Below are positions 20,210-30,606 of a DNA stretch of 64,000 nt, one piece after another. The translations under genes were made by a program, and so were the position numbers. The stretch comes from Pseudomonadota bacterium. GTDB taxonomy: Bacteria > Pseudomonadota > Gammaproteobacteria > Pseudomonadales > JADFDG01. The stretch is taken from assembly GCA_049324495.1 (NCBI GenBank), contig JBMOOP010000110.1, positions 26,027 through 90,026 on the forward strand, in the 5' to 3' direction. The notes below the pieces were generated by a model. The model was not told the origin of the DNA, did not search any database, and worked only from the letters and a program-made list of their open reading frames with translations. Within the stretch, counting starts at the first letter, position 1. Each line of letters opens with the position of its first letter.

Positions 20210-21268
20210 ATGGGAGAAGAAGTCAACCCTCGTCTTGGTGTCATCTCCGACACACTCCTGCAAGGCAGTTTGCTGGCGAATGCGGCGAAGGCGCTGGGCT
20301 ATGATGTGGTCATCAATACCCAGCCGGGCAATCTTGATACTGTCAAATGGGTCGACAAGGGTGTCGTCGAGTGCTGGCTGATCGATCTGCACGATCAGGA
20401 GAAGTGGGCAGACTTTCTTGATCTTCTGCTCGATCAGACGGATGCACCGCTGATTTTTGGCGATGGTGCCGCGCCGCCGAAAAACCACGAGGAGTATCCG
20501 CGTTGGGAGCGCCGTCTGTTTCAGACCCTGATCAAAAGCGTTGGCCGGCCGGTGATTGCAAAAGTAAATCTGAATGTGCCGGAGAAAACGCAGGCCAGGC
20601 CGCGTTCCACGCTCGTTATTCCGGAGGAGTTCAAGGATCCGTCGCTCACCTCGGGCCGACCACAGCGCGTGTGGGTCCTCGGTGCGTCAGCGGGTGGCCC
20701 GGCAGCGGTGAAGTTGTTTCTCGATTCATTGCCGAAAGAGTTGCCGGTGGCATTCGTGCTTGCCCAGCACATTGATCCGAAAATGCTCGAAGGCCTGGCG
20801 CAATCGCTTATCCGGCATAACTGGTTCAAGATGCGCATCGGTCGTTCCGGCGAGCCGTTGCGTTATGGCGATATCGTCGTTGCGCCCTGCGATGCCGAGA
20901 TTACATTTGATGAAACCGATTGCATCGTTAAAACCGGCAAGCCCTGGGAAGGGCCCTATGCGCCATCAATTGACCAGGTGATGGCCAATGTGTCGTCGCG
21001 CTATGGCAGCCAGGCCGGTGCCATCCTGTTCTCGGGCATGGGCAACGATGGCTCCATTGCCGGGCCGATGATGGCCGCGCGTGGTGGTACCGTATGGGCG
21101 CAATCCGCCGAAACCTGTACGGTCAGCTCGCAGCCTGACTCGGTGCGCGATACCGGCTGCGTGAGTTACAGTGGATCGCCGGAATTTCTTGCTCAACAGT
21201 TGATAGAGAGTGTACGTCAGCAACTCAAGGGCAGGTCCAAGCCGCCCGGTGAGGCGCTTGCCTCCTGA
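20210..21268 (+). CDS. chpB: CheB-type protein-glutamate methylesterase ChpB
   Basis: CheB catalytic domain (VWVLGASAGGPAAV...LAQHI...GMGNDG). Divergent N-terminal receiver-like domain. Start is ATG 20210 or TTG 20198. Confidence 0.88.
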   Translation: MGEEVNPRLGVISDTLLQGSLLANAAKALGYDVVINTQPGNLDTVKWVDKGVVECWLIDLHDQEKWADFLDLLLDQTDAPLIFGDGAAPPKNHEEYPRWERRLFQTLIKSVGRPVIAKVNLNVPEKTQARPRSTLVIPEEFKDPSLTSGRPQRVWVLGASAGGPAAVKLFLDSLPKELPVAFVLAQHIDPKMLEGLAQSLIRHNWFKMRIGRSGEPLRYGDIVVAPCDAEITFDETDCIVKTGKPWEGPYAPSIDQVMANVSSRYGSQAGAILFSGMGNDGSIAGPMMAARGGTVWAQSAETCTVSSQPDSVRDTGCVSYSGSPEFLAQQLIESVRQQLKGRSKPPGEALAS

Positions 21269-21306
21269 CCCGATACATCCTGCATGCCAGACCGGATGAC
21301 ACCCCC

Positions 21307-21783
21307 ATGAGCCAGATGATCCCGCGCGCCCCCGTTTCGAAAACACCCGTCCCGCAGGCCGAAGTGCCAAGCCTGATGGTGCCGCAACAGGGGCGCCCGT
21401 TGCTGGTACCGAATATCGCAGTGGCGGAAATCGTGCCGTTCAGTGCGCCATTGCCGGAAGTCGGCAAACCGCAGTGGTTTCTCGGCCACATCATGTGGCG
21501 TGGCGAGAAGGTGCCGGTGATATCTGTAGTGCAGTTGCGCGGCGAAGAGGAGGACATTCCGTCCGAAGCGCGAATCGCGGTATTCAACGGGCTGGGGGGC
21601 GCGCTGCGGTTCTATGGCGTAATCACCCACGGAATTCCGCGACTGGTGCGTGTGCGTGAACAGGACATCGAGAGTACCGACGGCATGTACACGTCGGTCG
21701 ATGATGCTTTTGTTGCTGTTGGTGGGGAACTTGCGGTCATTCCCAACCTCATTCAGATCGAGACGATGATTGCCGGCGTGTGA
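21307..21783 (+). CDS. chpC: CheW-like protein ChpC
   Basis: CheW-like pattern (PLLVPNIAVAEIV...FLGHIMWRGEKVPVISV). Synteny after chpB. Confidence 0.8.
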   Translation: MSQMIPRAPVSKTPVPQAEVPSLMVPQQGRPLLVPNIAVAEIVPFSAPLPEVGKPQWFLGHIMWRGEKVPVISVVQLRGEEEDIPSEARIAVFNGLGGALRFYGVITHGIPRLVRVREQDIESTDGMYTSVDDAFVAVGGELAVIPNLIQIETMIAGV

Positions 21784-21795
21784 GTCTGCCAGACC

Positions 21796-22851
21796 ATGAC
21801 AGGTTCAATAAATCATGTGCAGCTCGCGGCATTGCGCGCGGAAAGGCGGCAGCATGGCGAAAACTGGTTTCGCAACAATTACAACAGGGATCGTCGCGGT
21901 GTTGCCGACTTCATACGCTGGATGCGCGACAAGCGTGGCTTGTGGCCAGCGCCAAAACGGTTTCCTGTTGACCGTCCGGACAGCAACTGGCTCGCCGTCA
22001 ATCGCAGCGACAGCACGCTGACATGGATTGGGCATGTCACCTTTCTTTTTCAGCATCGTGGCCTGAACGTACTCACTGATCCGGTATTCAGTGAACGCGC
22101 CTCACCGCTGTCCTTCGTCGGACCAAAACGCTATACGCCGCCGGCGATGCATGTCGATCATCTGCCGCCGATTGATATCGTTCTGATTTCACACAATCAC
22201 TACGACCATCTTGATCGCGATGCGGTGCGCCACATCGCCAGGCGCAACGAGGGCCGCACGCGTTTCCTTGTGCCGCTGAGGCTCGCCGGCTGGTTTCGGC
22301 GCGAAGGGATCGACAATGTTGTTGAGCTGGATTGGTGGGATGAAACGCTTCCGCTGGGCGAAAAACCAGGAAGTGTCGGGCGCAACAAGGTATATGCCTG
22401 GTTTGTACCGGCACAACATTTCAGTGGTCGCGGTGTGAATGACCGCAATGCGACGTTGTGGGGTGGTTGGGTACTGGAGATCGACGGGTTCCGCCTGTAT
22501 TTCGCCGGTGATACCGGTTACGGGAAAGATTTTGCCGATATCGGCGCGGTATTTGGCGGTTTCGATTTATCCCTGATTCCGATTGGCGCCTATGAGCCGC
22601 AGTGGTTGATGGGTTCCGTGCATGTGAATCCTGAAGATGCTGTGCGTATCCATCGCGACGTAAAATCGAAACATTCGATTGGCATGCATTGGGGCACGTT
22701 TATTCTTACCGACGAACCGGTTGACGAGCCACCACGCCGTCTTGCACGTGCGCGCAGCGATCAGGGCCTCGCCGACGGTGACTTCGTTGTGATGCGGCAC
22801 GGTGAAGTGCGGCGCTGGTCGCCCGGCTGCGTGCCTGGCTACAATCTGTAG
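21796..22851 (+). CDS. MBL-fold metallo-hydrolase (NAPE-PLD-like)
   Basis: HxHxDH motif ISHNHYDHLD. Later metal ligands (FAGDTGY, HWGTF). Confidence 0.85.
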   Translation: MTGSINHVQLAALRAERRQHGENWFRNNYNRDRRGVADFIRWMRDKRGLWPAPKRFPVDRPDSNWLAVNRSDSTLTWIGHVTFLFQHRGLNVLTDPVFSERASPLSFVGPKRYTPPAMHVDHLPPIDIVLISHNHYDHLDRDAVRHIARRNEGRTRFLVPLRLAGWFRREGIDNVVELDWWDETLPLGEKPGSVGRNKVYAWFVPAQHFSGRGVNDRNATLWGGWVLEIDGFRLYFAGDTGYGKDFADIGAVFGGFDLSLIPIGAYEPQWLMGSVHVNPEDAVRIHRDVKSKHSIGMHWGTFILTDEPVDEPPRRLARARSDQGLADGDFVVMRHGEVRRWSPGCVPGYNL

Positions 22852-22889
22852 CTGTAGCGCGCTAATCAGGCAGCAGAGGGAAAGACGCC

Positions 22890-23435
22890 ATGAACATGAC
22901 CAACACCGACAAGCGTTGGGGGCTCATCGCCCAGAGTTTTCACTGGCTGATGTTCTTGTTGATCATCGGCTCCTGGTTTGCAGTTGACGCGCGTGAAGGT
23001 TTCCCGAAGGGCAGCCCGGAACGTGACGCCTGGATGCTGCTGCACAAATCGTTGGGACTTAGCATATTTTTCCTGGTGTGGTTGCGCATCGGGGTGCGGT
23101 TCACGCAAGTAACGCCGGCCGATATTGGCGCGGTTTGGCAGCAGAAAGCAGCGAAGCTGATTCACTTTTGTCTCTATACTGCGATGATCGCCATGCCGAT
23201 TACCGGCATGCTTGCCAGTCAGTTCTTCGGCAAGCCAGTCGGTTGGTTTGGTGTATTCGAGTTGCCGATGTTGGTCGGCGAAAATAAGGATCTTGGCGAA
23301 GTCTTGGAGGAAGTGCATGAGGCCGGCTTTATCGCGCTGCTTGTGCTGCTCGCAGCACACTTTGGCGCTGCGCTTCACCATCACTTCATACTCAAGGACG
23401 ACGTGCTGAAGCGTATGTTGCCGTGGGGTAAATGA
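22890..23435 (+). CDS. cytochrome b561 family protein
   Basis: Four TM helices with conserved His (QSFHWLMFLL, LHKSLG, EVHEAGF, ALHHHF). Confidence 0.85.
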   Translation: MNMTNTDKRWGLIAQSFHWLMFLLIIGSWFAVDAREGFPKGSPERDAWMLLHKSLGLSIFFLVWLRIGVRFTQVTPADIGAVWQQKAAKLIHFCLYTAMIAMPITGMLASQFFGKPVGWFGVFELPMLVGENKDLGEVLEEVHEAGFIALLVLLAAHFGAALHHHFILKDDVLKRMLPWGK

Positions 23436-23448
23436 CGCGGCAGGTTCC

Positions 23449-24177
23449 TTAGCCAGAATCACCGTAACGCGCCTGCAGCACAGCGAGTGCCGCCACTGGC
23501 GCGGTTTCCGTGCGCAGCACGCGCGGGCCGAGGGTGAAGGTGATGAAGCCCTTGCCCTGCGCAGCAGCAATTTCTTCCGGCGTCAGCCCACCTTCCGGCC
23601 CGATCAGCAAGGCGCTGCTTCGGCATTTTTCCGGCAGTGCTGATTTGCCATTGCCGGGATGCAGCACCAGTTTCAGTTGCGCCTCGACCTTCGCAATCCA
23701 TTTCACGAGATCTACCGGTGGATGAACTTCCGGTACGCGCACGCGCCCCGATTGTTCGCAGGCTGCGGCCGCGACCATCTGCAGGTGCTCGCGTTTTTTC
23801 TCAAAGCGATCGCCATCAAGCTTCACGTCGCAACGGCTACTGGAAAGCAGGGTAATTTCAGTAACGCCCAGTTCTGCGGCTTTTTGCACCGCGTACTCCA
23901 TGCGGTCGCCCTTGCTCATCACCTGGCCCAGATGCGTGAGCAACGGCGACTCTGTCGCAGGCTCGCGACGCGCCATGATCCGGACAATGGCCTCGCGCTT
24001 GCCGGCACTGATGATTTGCGCAGTGTACTCGCTACCGTTGCCGTTGAAGATGCAGAAGGCATCCCCTGGCGCCATGCGCAGCACGCGTACCAGGTGTTGC
24101 TGGTTGCGTTCGCCGAGGACAATTTCGGCGTCTGTGGCGAGTTCCTGTTGCTCAAAAATGCGCGTGGCCATGCTCAA
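23449..24177 (-). CDS. rsmE: 16S rRNA (uracil1498-N3)-methyltransferase
   Basis: RsmE-like length and motifs (HLVRVLRM, LLIGPEGGLTPEE). Confidence 0.88.
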   Translation of the reverse strand: MSMATRIFEQQELATDAEIVLGERNQQHLVRVLRMAPGDAFCIFNGNGSEYTAQIISAGKREAIVRIMARREPATESPLLTHLGQVMSKGDRMEYAVQKAAELGVTEITLLSSSRCDVKLDGDRFEKKREHLQMVAAAACEQSGRVRVPEVHPPVDLVKWIAKVEAQLKLVLHPGNGKSALPEKCRSSALLIGPEGGLTPEEIAAAQGKGFITFTLGPRVLRTETAPVAALAVLQARYGDSG

Positions 24178-24186
24178 TCTCCCGGC

Positions 24187-25539
24187 TCAATCACGGGTCG
24201 CTATATCGATGCTCTCGGCTGCGATCTGTGCCAACAGGTTGATCTGCTCCGGCGTGATCACGTAGGGTGGCATGAAATAAACCACGTTGCCCAGTGGTCT
24301 GAGCAGGGCGCCGCGTTGTAGCGCGTGCTGGTAAACGCGCAAGCCGCGGCGCTCGGTCCAGTCGTACGGCGTTTGCGTGGCCCTGTCCTTCACCAGTTCG
24401 ATGGCGGCGATCATACCGGTCTGGCGCACCTCCGCCACGTGCGGGTGGGCAACAAATGGCGCCAGTGCTACGCCCATGCGGGCAGCGAGCACGCGGTTGT
24501 TTGCCAGCACATCGTCATCCGCAAAGATTTTTAGCGTGGCGAGCGCAGCGGTGCAGGCCAGCGCATTGCCGGTGTAACTGTGCGAATGCAGAAAGGCGCG
24601 CAATGTTGTGTAGTCCGCGTAGAAAGCGTCGTAAACCTTGTCGGTGGTGAGCACAACTGACAGCGGCAGATAGCCGCCGGTCAATCCTTTGGAAAGACAG
24701 AGAAAATCCGGTGTGATGCCGGCCTGCTCGCAGGCGAACAGGGTGCCGGTGCGGCCGAAACCGACGGCAATTTCGTCGGCAATCAAATGGACGTTGTGCT
24801 TATTGCACGCCTCCCGCAGCATCTTCAGGTAGACCGGATGATACATGCGCATGTTGCCGGCGCACTGCACCAATGGCTCAACGATCACCGCGCAGGCATC
24901 TTGCGCATGTTGCGCAAGTGTGGCGTCCATGTGCGCAAACATTTTACGGGTGTGCTGCTCCCATGTTTCGCCGGAAGTGCGATAAAAGCAGTCCGGCGAC
25001 GGCACGGTGATCGCCTGCATCAGCAGCGGGGCATAGGTGTCCTTGTACAGGGCGACATCCCCAACGGCGAGTGCGCCCAGCGTTTCGCCGTGATAGCTGT
25101 TGGACAACGTAATAAATTTTGATTTTCTCGGTTGGCCGACATTCTTCCAGTAGTGAAAGCTCATCTTCAGCGCTACTTCGATGGCGCTGGAGCCGTTGTC
25201 GGCATAAAAGCATTTATTAAGACCCGGCGGCGTCATTGCCACCAATGCTTCCGAGAGCTCAACCACCGGTTCGTGGGTAAAGCCGCCGAGAATCACGTGT
25301 TCCAGCTTGTCGATCTGCGCCTTCAGCGCCGCGTTGATGCGCGGATTGGCGTGGCCGAACAGGTTGACCCACCAACTGGATACCGCGTCGATGTAGCGAT
25401 TGCCGTCGAAATCGTGCAGCCAGACGCCTTCGCCGCGCGCAATCGGAATCAGTGGCAACTGCTCGTGATCCTTCATCTGCGTGCAGGGGTGCCACAGGAC
25501 CGCGAGGTCGCGACGCATCAGGTTGGTGTTGCTGCTCAT
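24187..25539 (-). CDS. bioA: adenosylmethionine-8-amino-7-oxononanoate aminotransferase
   Basis: LWHPCTQMKDH...IDAVSSWWVNLFGH, PLP-lysine region LCLSKGLTGGYLPLS. Confidence 0.93.
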   Translation of the reverse strand: MSSNTNLMRRDLAVLWHPCTQMKDHEQLPLIPIARGEGVWLHDFDGNRYIDAVSSWWVNLFGHANPRINAALKAQIDKLEHVILGGFTHEPVVELSEALVAMTPPGLNKCFYADNGSSAIEVALKMSFHYWKNVGQPRKSKFITLSNSYHGETLGALAVGDVALYKDTYAPLLMQAITVPSPDCFYRTSGETWEQHTRKMFAHMDATLAQHAQDACAVIVEPLVQCAGNMRMYHPVYLKMLREACNKHNVHLIADEIAVGFGRTGTLFACEQAGITPDFLCLSKGLTGGYLPLSVVLTTDKVYDAFYADYTTLRAFLHSHSYTGNALACTAALATLKIFADDDVLANNRVLAARMGVALAPFVAHPHVAEVRQTGMIAAIELVKDRATQTPYDWTERRGLRVYQHALQRGALLRPLGNVVYFMPPYVITPEQINLLAQIAAESIDIATRD

Positions 25540-25557
25540 GGGTTTTTCAGAGGTTTC

Positions 25558-26412
25558 CTAACCTTCCAGCCCAAGGTTGCGCAAAATCGCCAGCGTCGGT
25601 TCGGACTGGTTCATCGTGTAGAAATGGATGCCCGGTGCGCCGGCCGCAAGCAGGGTTTCGCACAGGCTGGATACCACGTCGATACCGAAAAGTTTCAGCG
25701 ATTCATCGTCGTCCCCATAAGTTTCCAGTTGCTTGCGCAACCAGCGCGGAATTTCTGCGCCGCAACTGTCGGAGAAGCGGAACAGATTCGTTGCGTTGGT
25801 TATCGGCATGATGCCGGGCACGATCGGAATATCGATACCGTCATCCAGTACGCGATCCATGAAATGGAAGTACGCATCCGGGTTGAAGAAATATTGCGTG
25901 ATCGCCGAGTTCGCGCCGGCTTTTGCCTTGGCAACGAAGTGGGTGATATCGGCATCGAGGTTTACCGCCTGCGGGTGCATCTCTGGATAGGCGGCCACTT
26001 CAATGCGGAAGTGATTGCCGTAATGCCGGCGAATAAAGGCAACAAGATCGTGCGCGTATGGCAGCTCGCCACCGGTCGGCCCCATGCCGCTCGGCAAGTC
26101 GCCGCGCAGGGCGACGATCCGCTGCACGCCGTCGGCCTTGTAGCCATCGAGAATCTCTCGCATCTGGGCTTTGGTGTGGCCGACGCAGGACAGGTGCGGT
26201 GCCGTATCGATGCCGCATTCGCGCACCATCTTCACTGTGTTGAAGGTGCGTTCACGCGTTGAACCGCCCGCGCCATAGGTGACCGAAAAAAACTCCGGTT
26301 GTTCGGCGACGAGGCGATCCCGCACCTCGGCCAGCTTGGCGAAGCCGGCCTCGGTCTTCGGCGGGAAGAACTCGAAGCTGATCTGGACTTCCTGCAGTTC
26401 GTCGTCGCTCAT
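25558..26412 (-). CDS. metF: 5,10-methylenetetrahydrofolate reductase
   Basis: ISFEFFPPKTEAG N-terminus, full-length MetF-like. Confidence 0.93.
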   Translation of the reverse strand: MSDDELQEVQISFEFFPPKTEAGFAKLAEVRDRLVAEQPEFFSVTYGAGGSTRERTFNTVKMVRECGIDTAPHLSCVGHTKAQMREILDGYKADGVQRIVALRGDLPSGMGPTGGELPYAHDLVAFIRRHYGNHFRIEVAAYPEMHPQAVNLDADITHFVAKAKAGANSAITQYFFNPDAYFHFMDRVLDDGIDIPIVPGIMPITNATNLFRFSDSCGAEIPRWLRKQLETYGDDDESLKLFGIDVVSSLCETLLAAGAPGIHFYTMNQSEPTLAILRNLGLEG

Positions 26413-26428
26413 TTCCCGGTTCCTGCCA

Positions 26429-27832
26429 TCAATACTTGTAGTGTTCAGGCTTGAACGGGCCGTCCACGCTCACCTTGATGTAGTCGGCCTGCGCCTTTGT
26501 CAGTTTGGTAACGACGCCGCCAAAGCCCCGCACCATTTCCAGCGCCACTTCTTCGTCGAGTTTTTTCGGCAACACTTCCACCTTCAGCATGGCCGATTGC
26601 ACGGCGGCGGAGTGATCGGCGAAACGCTGCTCGTACAGAAACATCTGCGCCAGCACCTGATTGGCAAAGGAACCGTCCATGATGCGCGATGGGTGGCCGG
26701 TGGCATTGCCAAGATTCACCAGGCGACCCTCGGACAGCAAAATCAGATAATCGTCGGATTCCTGGTTGATCTTCGTGCCCGGCGCCGCATCGCGGAATAC
26801 CTTGTGCACTTGCGGTTTCACCTCAAGCCACGTGAAGTGCTCGCGCAGGTATGCGGTGTCGATTTCTGTATCGAAGTGGCCGATGTTGCAGACCACAGCG
26901 CCTTTTTTCAGCGCGCGCAACATGTTGCGGTCACAAACGTGGTGATTGCCGGTTGTGGTGCAGATCAGATCGGTTTCGCTGAGCAGGCACGTGTTGATGC
27001 AGTCCGGCTTGCCGGTGTTTTCGCCGTTGATGTACGGTGACACCACTTCATAACCGTCCATGCAGGCCTGCATGGCGCAGATCGGATCGATCTCGGAGAT
27101 CTTCACGATCATACCTTCCTGACGCAGCGATTGTGCCGAACCCTTGCCCACGTCGCCATAACCGATCACCAGCGCCTTGCGGCCGGCCAGCAGCATGTCG
27201 GTGCCGCGTTTGATCGCATCATTAAGCGAATGACGACAGCCGTACTTGTTGTCGTTCTTGCTCTTGGTGACCGAGTCGTTGACGTTGATCGCCGGGACTT
27301 TCAGCTCGCCCTTCTGCAGCATTTCGATCAGGCGCTTGACGCCGGTGGTGGTCTCTTCGGTGATGCCGTGGATTTTGTCGAGCATCTGCGGGTATTTATC
27401 GTGGATGAGGCCGGTGAGATCGCCGCCGTCATCAAGGATCATGTTCGCATCCCAGGGCTTGCCGTCCTTGAGGATGGTTTGCTCGACGCACCACCAGTAC
27501 TGCTCTTCGGTTTCGCCTTTCCAGGCAAACACGGGCACGCCACGCGCAGCGATGGCGGCAGCGGCATGGTCCTGCGTCGAGAAAATGTTGCACGAACTCC
27601 AGCGCACCTCCGCACCCAGTACCTGTAGCGTTTCGATCAGCACGGCGGTCTGCACCGTCATGTGGATGCAGCCGATGATTTTTGCGCCGGCCAGCGGCTT
27701 CTGCCTGCCGTACTTGGCACGCAGATTCATCAGTGCCGGCATTTCGCGCTCGGCGAGGATGATTTCCTGACGGCCGTACTCGGCCAGAGAAATATCGGCA
27801 ACCTTGTAATCGACTTTAACGGGAGCATTCAT
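26429..27832 (-). CDS. ahcY: adenosylhomocysteinase
   Basis: [31 protein letters not shown]-binding [15 protein letters not shown]. Confidence 0.95.
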   Translation of the reverse strand: MNAPVKVDYKVADISLAEYGRQEIILAEREMPALMNLRAKYGRQKPLAGAKIIGCIHMTVQTAVLIETLQVLGAEVRWSSCNIFSTQDHAAAAIAARGVPVFAWKGETEEQYWWCVEQTILKDGKPWDANMILDDGGDLTGLIHDKYPQMLDKIHGITEETTTGVKRLIEMLQKGELKVPAINVNDSVTKSKNDNKYGCRHSLNDAIKRGTDMLLAGRKALVIGYGDVGKGSAQSLRQEGMIVKISEIDPICAMQACMDGYEVVSPYINGENTGKPDCINTCLLSETDLICTTTGNHHVCDRNMLRALKKGAVVCNIGHFDTEIDTAYLREHFTWLEVKPQVHKVFRDAAPGTKINQESDDYLILLSEGRLVNLGNATGHPSRIMDGSFANQVLAQMFLYEQRFADHSAAVQSAMLKVEVLPKKLDEEVALEMVRGFGGVVTKLTKAQADYIKVSVDGPFKPEHYKY

Positions 27833-27868
27833 GAGTTTTGTTCCTGAACAATGAATTCGGTCGGTTGT

Positions 27869-29062
27869 TTATTTCAGGCCGGCAGCGGCGCGCAATTCTT
27901 CGGCCTTGTCGGTTTTTTCCCAGGTAAAGGTATGGTGCGTGTGGCCACCCACCGTCACCGTGCCGGGTGTGCGGCCAAAGTGGCCGTAGGATGCCGTTGG
28001 CTGATAAATTGGGTGCAGCAAATCGAGTTGCCTGGTCAGGCCATAGGGGCGCAGTTCAAATACTTTGCGCACCAGGGCAACCAGTTTGGTATCGGAAATT
28101 TTTCCTGTGCCAAAAGTATTGATCGAAATGGATGTCGGCTCAGCCACGCCGATGGCATACGACACCTGGATTTCACAGCGATCAGCCAGGCCGGCCGCAA
28201 CAATATTTTTTGCCACATAGCGGCCAGCATAGGCCGCGGAGCGATCAACCTTCGATGGATCTTTTCCGGAGAATGCACCGCCGCCGTGACGGGCCATGCC
28301 GCCGTAGGAATCGACGATGATTTTGCGTCCGGTGAGTCCGCAGTCGCCCATCGGCCCGCCGATCTCGAAACGGCCGGTCGGATTGATGTGCACCTTGGTG
28401 TCCTTGTGCATCCATTCTTTCGGAATGACGTGCTTGATGATGAGTTCCATCACGCCTTCATGGATGTCCTTGTCCTGCACGTCGGCAGCATGTTGTGTGG
28501 ACAACACGATGGCTTCCGCCGCGACCGGCTTGCCGTTTTCATAACGGAACGTCACCTGTGATTTCGCATCCGGGCGCAACCACGGCAGCAAGCCGGATTT
28601 TCGCGCTTCGGCCTGACGCTCGACCAGGCGATGCGCGTATTGAATCGGCGCCGGCATCAACACGTCGGTTTCGTTGCTGGCGTAGCCGAACATCAGGCCC
28701 TGGTCGCCGGCGCCCTGGTCTTCCGGTTTTGCCCGGTCAACCCCCTGGTTGATGTCTGGCGACTGTTTGCCGACCAGATTCAGCACGCCGCAGGTACGGC
28801 CGTCGAAGTGCACTGCCGATGAGTCGTAGCCGATGGCAACGATCACATCGCGAACGATTTTTTCGTAATCAATGTTGGCGGTGGTGGTGATCTCGCCGGC
28901 AATGATGGCGACACCGGTTTTCACCAGCGTTTCGCAGGCGACGCGCGCGTACTTGTCCTGCGCAATGATGGCATCGAGGATGGCATCGGAAACCTGGTCG
29001 GCGAGCTTGTCCGGGTGGCCTTCGGAAACGGATTCGGAGGTGAAGACGCTGTATTCGCTCAT
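27869..29062 (-). CDS. metK: S-adenosylmethionine synthase
   Basis: [53 protein letters not shown]. Confidence 0.96.
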   Translation of the reverse strand: MSEYSVFTSESVSEGHPDKLADQVSDAILDAIIAQDKYARVACETLVKTGVAIIAGEITTTANIDYEKIVRDVIVAIGYDSSAVHFDGRTCGVLNLVGKQSPDINQGVDRAKPEDQGAGDQGLMFGYASNETDVLMPAPIQYAHRLVERQAEARKSGLLPWLRPDAKSQVTFRYENGKPVAAEAIVLSTQHAADVQDKDIHEGVMELIIKHVIPKEWMHKDTKVHINPTGRFEIGGPMGDCGLTGRKIIVDSYGGMARHGGGAFSGKDPSKVDRSAAYAGRYVAKNIVAAGLADRCEIQVSYAIGVAEPTSISINTFGTGKISDTKLVALVRKVFELRPYGLTRQLDLLHPIYQPTASYGHFGRTPGTVTVGGHTHHTFTWEKTDKAEELRAAAGLK

Positions 29063-29086
29063 GGCGTGCTACCTGTTGTTGCCTGG

Positions 29087-30112
29087 TCAGTGATGGGAAA
29101 ACGCATTTGCAAGAGGAACTGAAAAGCTGCGAAACAACACCTGGAAGCCGTTGCGCAGCCCCAGGTAGAAGCTGTTGCCGGCGATGAAGCCGGCGGTGCG
29201 TGCCCAGCCGTCGAGCTCGGCGTCGTCGAAGCCCTGCCACAAATCGCCGCAGTGCGCGCGCACCCAATCCTGTTCGTGGCGGGACAGATCGGTGACCAGC
29301 ATGACGCCGCCGGGTTTGAGCAACTTTGCGGCGTCGCGAAACAGGTCGGCGGGCGAGGGCACATGGTGCAGCACCATGTTGAACACCACGGCGTCAACGG
29401 CGAGGTGGCGGGCCAGTGCCGCTTTTGTATCGCCTGCCACCAGCGTTACATTGGTCAACCCGTCGGTGTCGATGCGCGCCCGGGCCTTCGAGAGCAGCCC
29501 TTCGCTGATGTCGAAGCCCCAGACCTTTGCATAGCGTCCGGCCAGTTCAGCGAGGTATTCGCCGGCGCCGGGGCCGACTTCCAGCACCTCGGCTGTTGGC
29601 GGCAGCTGCGCGGCAAGCAGCAGGTCGCGGGCGCCGTCGGCGTACTGGCGGTACTCGGCGATCAGGTCCTGGCGCTCGCGGAAGTCGTCGGTATGACGGG
29701 CAAAAAAGGCCCGGCAGACCTCGGCACGCTCGGCGCGGATGCGCTCGATGTTGGCGTTCGCTTCGGCGGCATGCGGCAGTGCGTCAAGGGCAGCGAACAG
29801 CGCTTCCTGCACCGGGCCGGCCGGATCGTCGGCCTGCGGCAGGGCGCGGCGGTAAAAGATGGCGTTGCCTTCGCGACGGGCGGTGACCAGTCCGGTCTGG
29901 GCCAGCACCTTGAGATGATGGCTGATGGCCGGCTGCTTCTGGCCGAAGATCTCGCCAAGCTCCAGCACCCCGAACGAGCCCAGGCCCAGCACCTGCAGAA
30001 TCGCCAGCCGCAGCGGGTCGCCGCCGCCTTTCAGCAGGTGGGCGAGATCGGTGAGGGCGGCGTCGGGAGTTGGGTGCTTCTCATCCAGAGTAGCGACGGG
30101 GAGGAGGGCCAT
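29087..30112 (-). CDS. sahR: ArsR-family wHTH fused to a SAM-methyltransferase-like domain (SahR-like regulator)
   Basis: N-terminal ArsR HTH (DPLRLAILQVL...LGEIFGQKQPAISHHLKVLAQTGLV). C-terminal class-I MTase fold (VLEVGPGAGEY...FDIS...AVVFNMVLHH). Heads the metK-ahcY-metF string. Confidence 0.8.
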   Translation of the reverse strand: MALLPVATLDEKHPTPDAALTDLAHLLKGGGDPLRLAILQVLGLGSFGVLELGEIFGQKQPAISHHLKVLAQTGLVTARREGNAIFYRRALPQADDPAGPVQEALFAALDALPHAAEANANIERIRAERAEVCRAFFARHTDDFRERQDLIAEYRQYADGARDLLLAAQLPPTAEVLEVGPGAGEYLAELAGRYAKVWGFDISEGLLSKARARIDTDGLTNVTLVAGDTKAALARHLAVDAVVFNMVLHHVPSPADLFRDAAKLLKPGGVMLVTDLSRHEQDWVRAHCGDLWQGFDDAELDGWARTAGFIAGNSFYLGLRNGFQVLFRSFSVPLANAFSHH

Positions 30113-30133
30113 AAGCAGGCCAGTCTATGAGCT

Positions 30134-30169
30134 ATATCAAAGGGATTCAATATTGAATCTCTTTGATAT
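30134..30169. promoter_or_regulatory. 36-bp near-perfect palindrome, candidate SahR/ArsR-type operator
   Basis: ATATCAAAGGGATTCAATATTGAATCTCTTTGATAT: 18-nt half-sites with 1 mismatched pair out of 18. Centred 39.5 bp upstream of the regulator start codon (30112). Confidence 0.6.
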
Positions 30170-30204
30170 TTGATCGGATTGCGGGCGCTGCAGCGCTCCC
30201 GGTA

Positions 30205-30606
30205 TTACTGGCAACCAGGAAAGCCCGAGACGAGGACGGTGGCCAGGTTGGTGCCCAGGCCCAGTTCGGTCTGATAGGCCGGGAATTGCGTCTGCAGGCC
30301 GCCTGAGACGGTGTTGGCCAGGCGCAGGCGATTGGCGCAATTGGGTTCGGTGCGCAGCGATGACAGGTTCCCGATCAGGCTGCCGGCCATATTGGCGCGT
30401 GAAGTATTGCCGGCGCTGGATGCCTTGCTCTGTTCGACCGACAGCCAGGTCTGCAGGGCGATGATGGTGGTTTGCATCGCTACGCCGGGCGAGGCTGATG
30501 CAGCCGGGGTTCCGCTTGCGGAAGCGTCAGCGAGCCCCATCATGTTGCACCCTGCCAGCAGGGTGGCAACGGCAATCGTGATGGCGGCAATGAAGGAACG
30601 GGTCAT
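30205..30606 (-). CDS. small lipoprotein of unknown function (133 aa)
   Basis: Lipobox VATLLAGC. GGAG RBS before ATG 30606. The 231-aa ORF-track version has an implausible N-terminal extension. Confidence 0.6.
   Translation of the reverse strand: MTRSFIAAITIAVATLLAGCNMMGLADASASGTPAASASPGVAMQTTIIALQTWLSVEQSKASSAGNTSRANMAGSLIGNLSSLRTEPNCANRLRLANTVSGGLQTQFPAYQTELGLGTNLATVLVSGFPGCQ

Noticed and set aside
20210-20560. ChpB N-terminal receiver looked degenerate (SD instead of DD acidic pair)
   Set aside because: A candidate phospho-acceptor Asp (WLIDLHD) is retained, and I cannot align reliably by eye. Not reported as a finding.
25132-26262. 376-aa ORF antisense to bioA/metF; likewise 7680-8807 antisense to gshB
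   Set aside because: Both overlap strongly recognisable conserved genes on the other strand.
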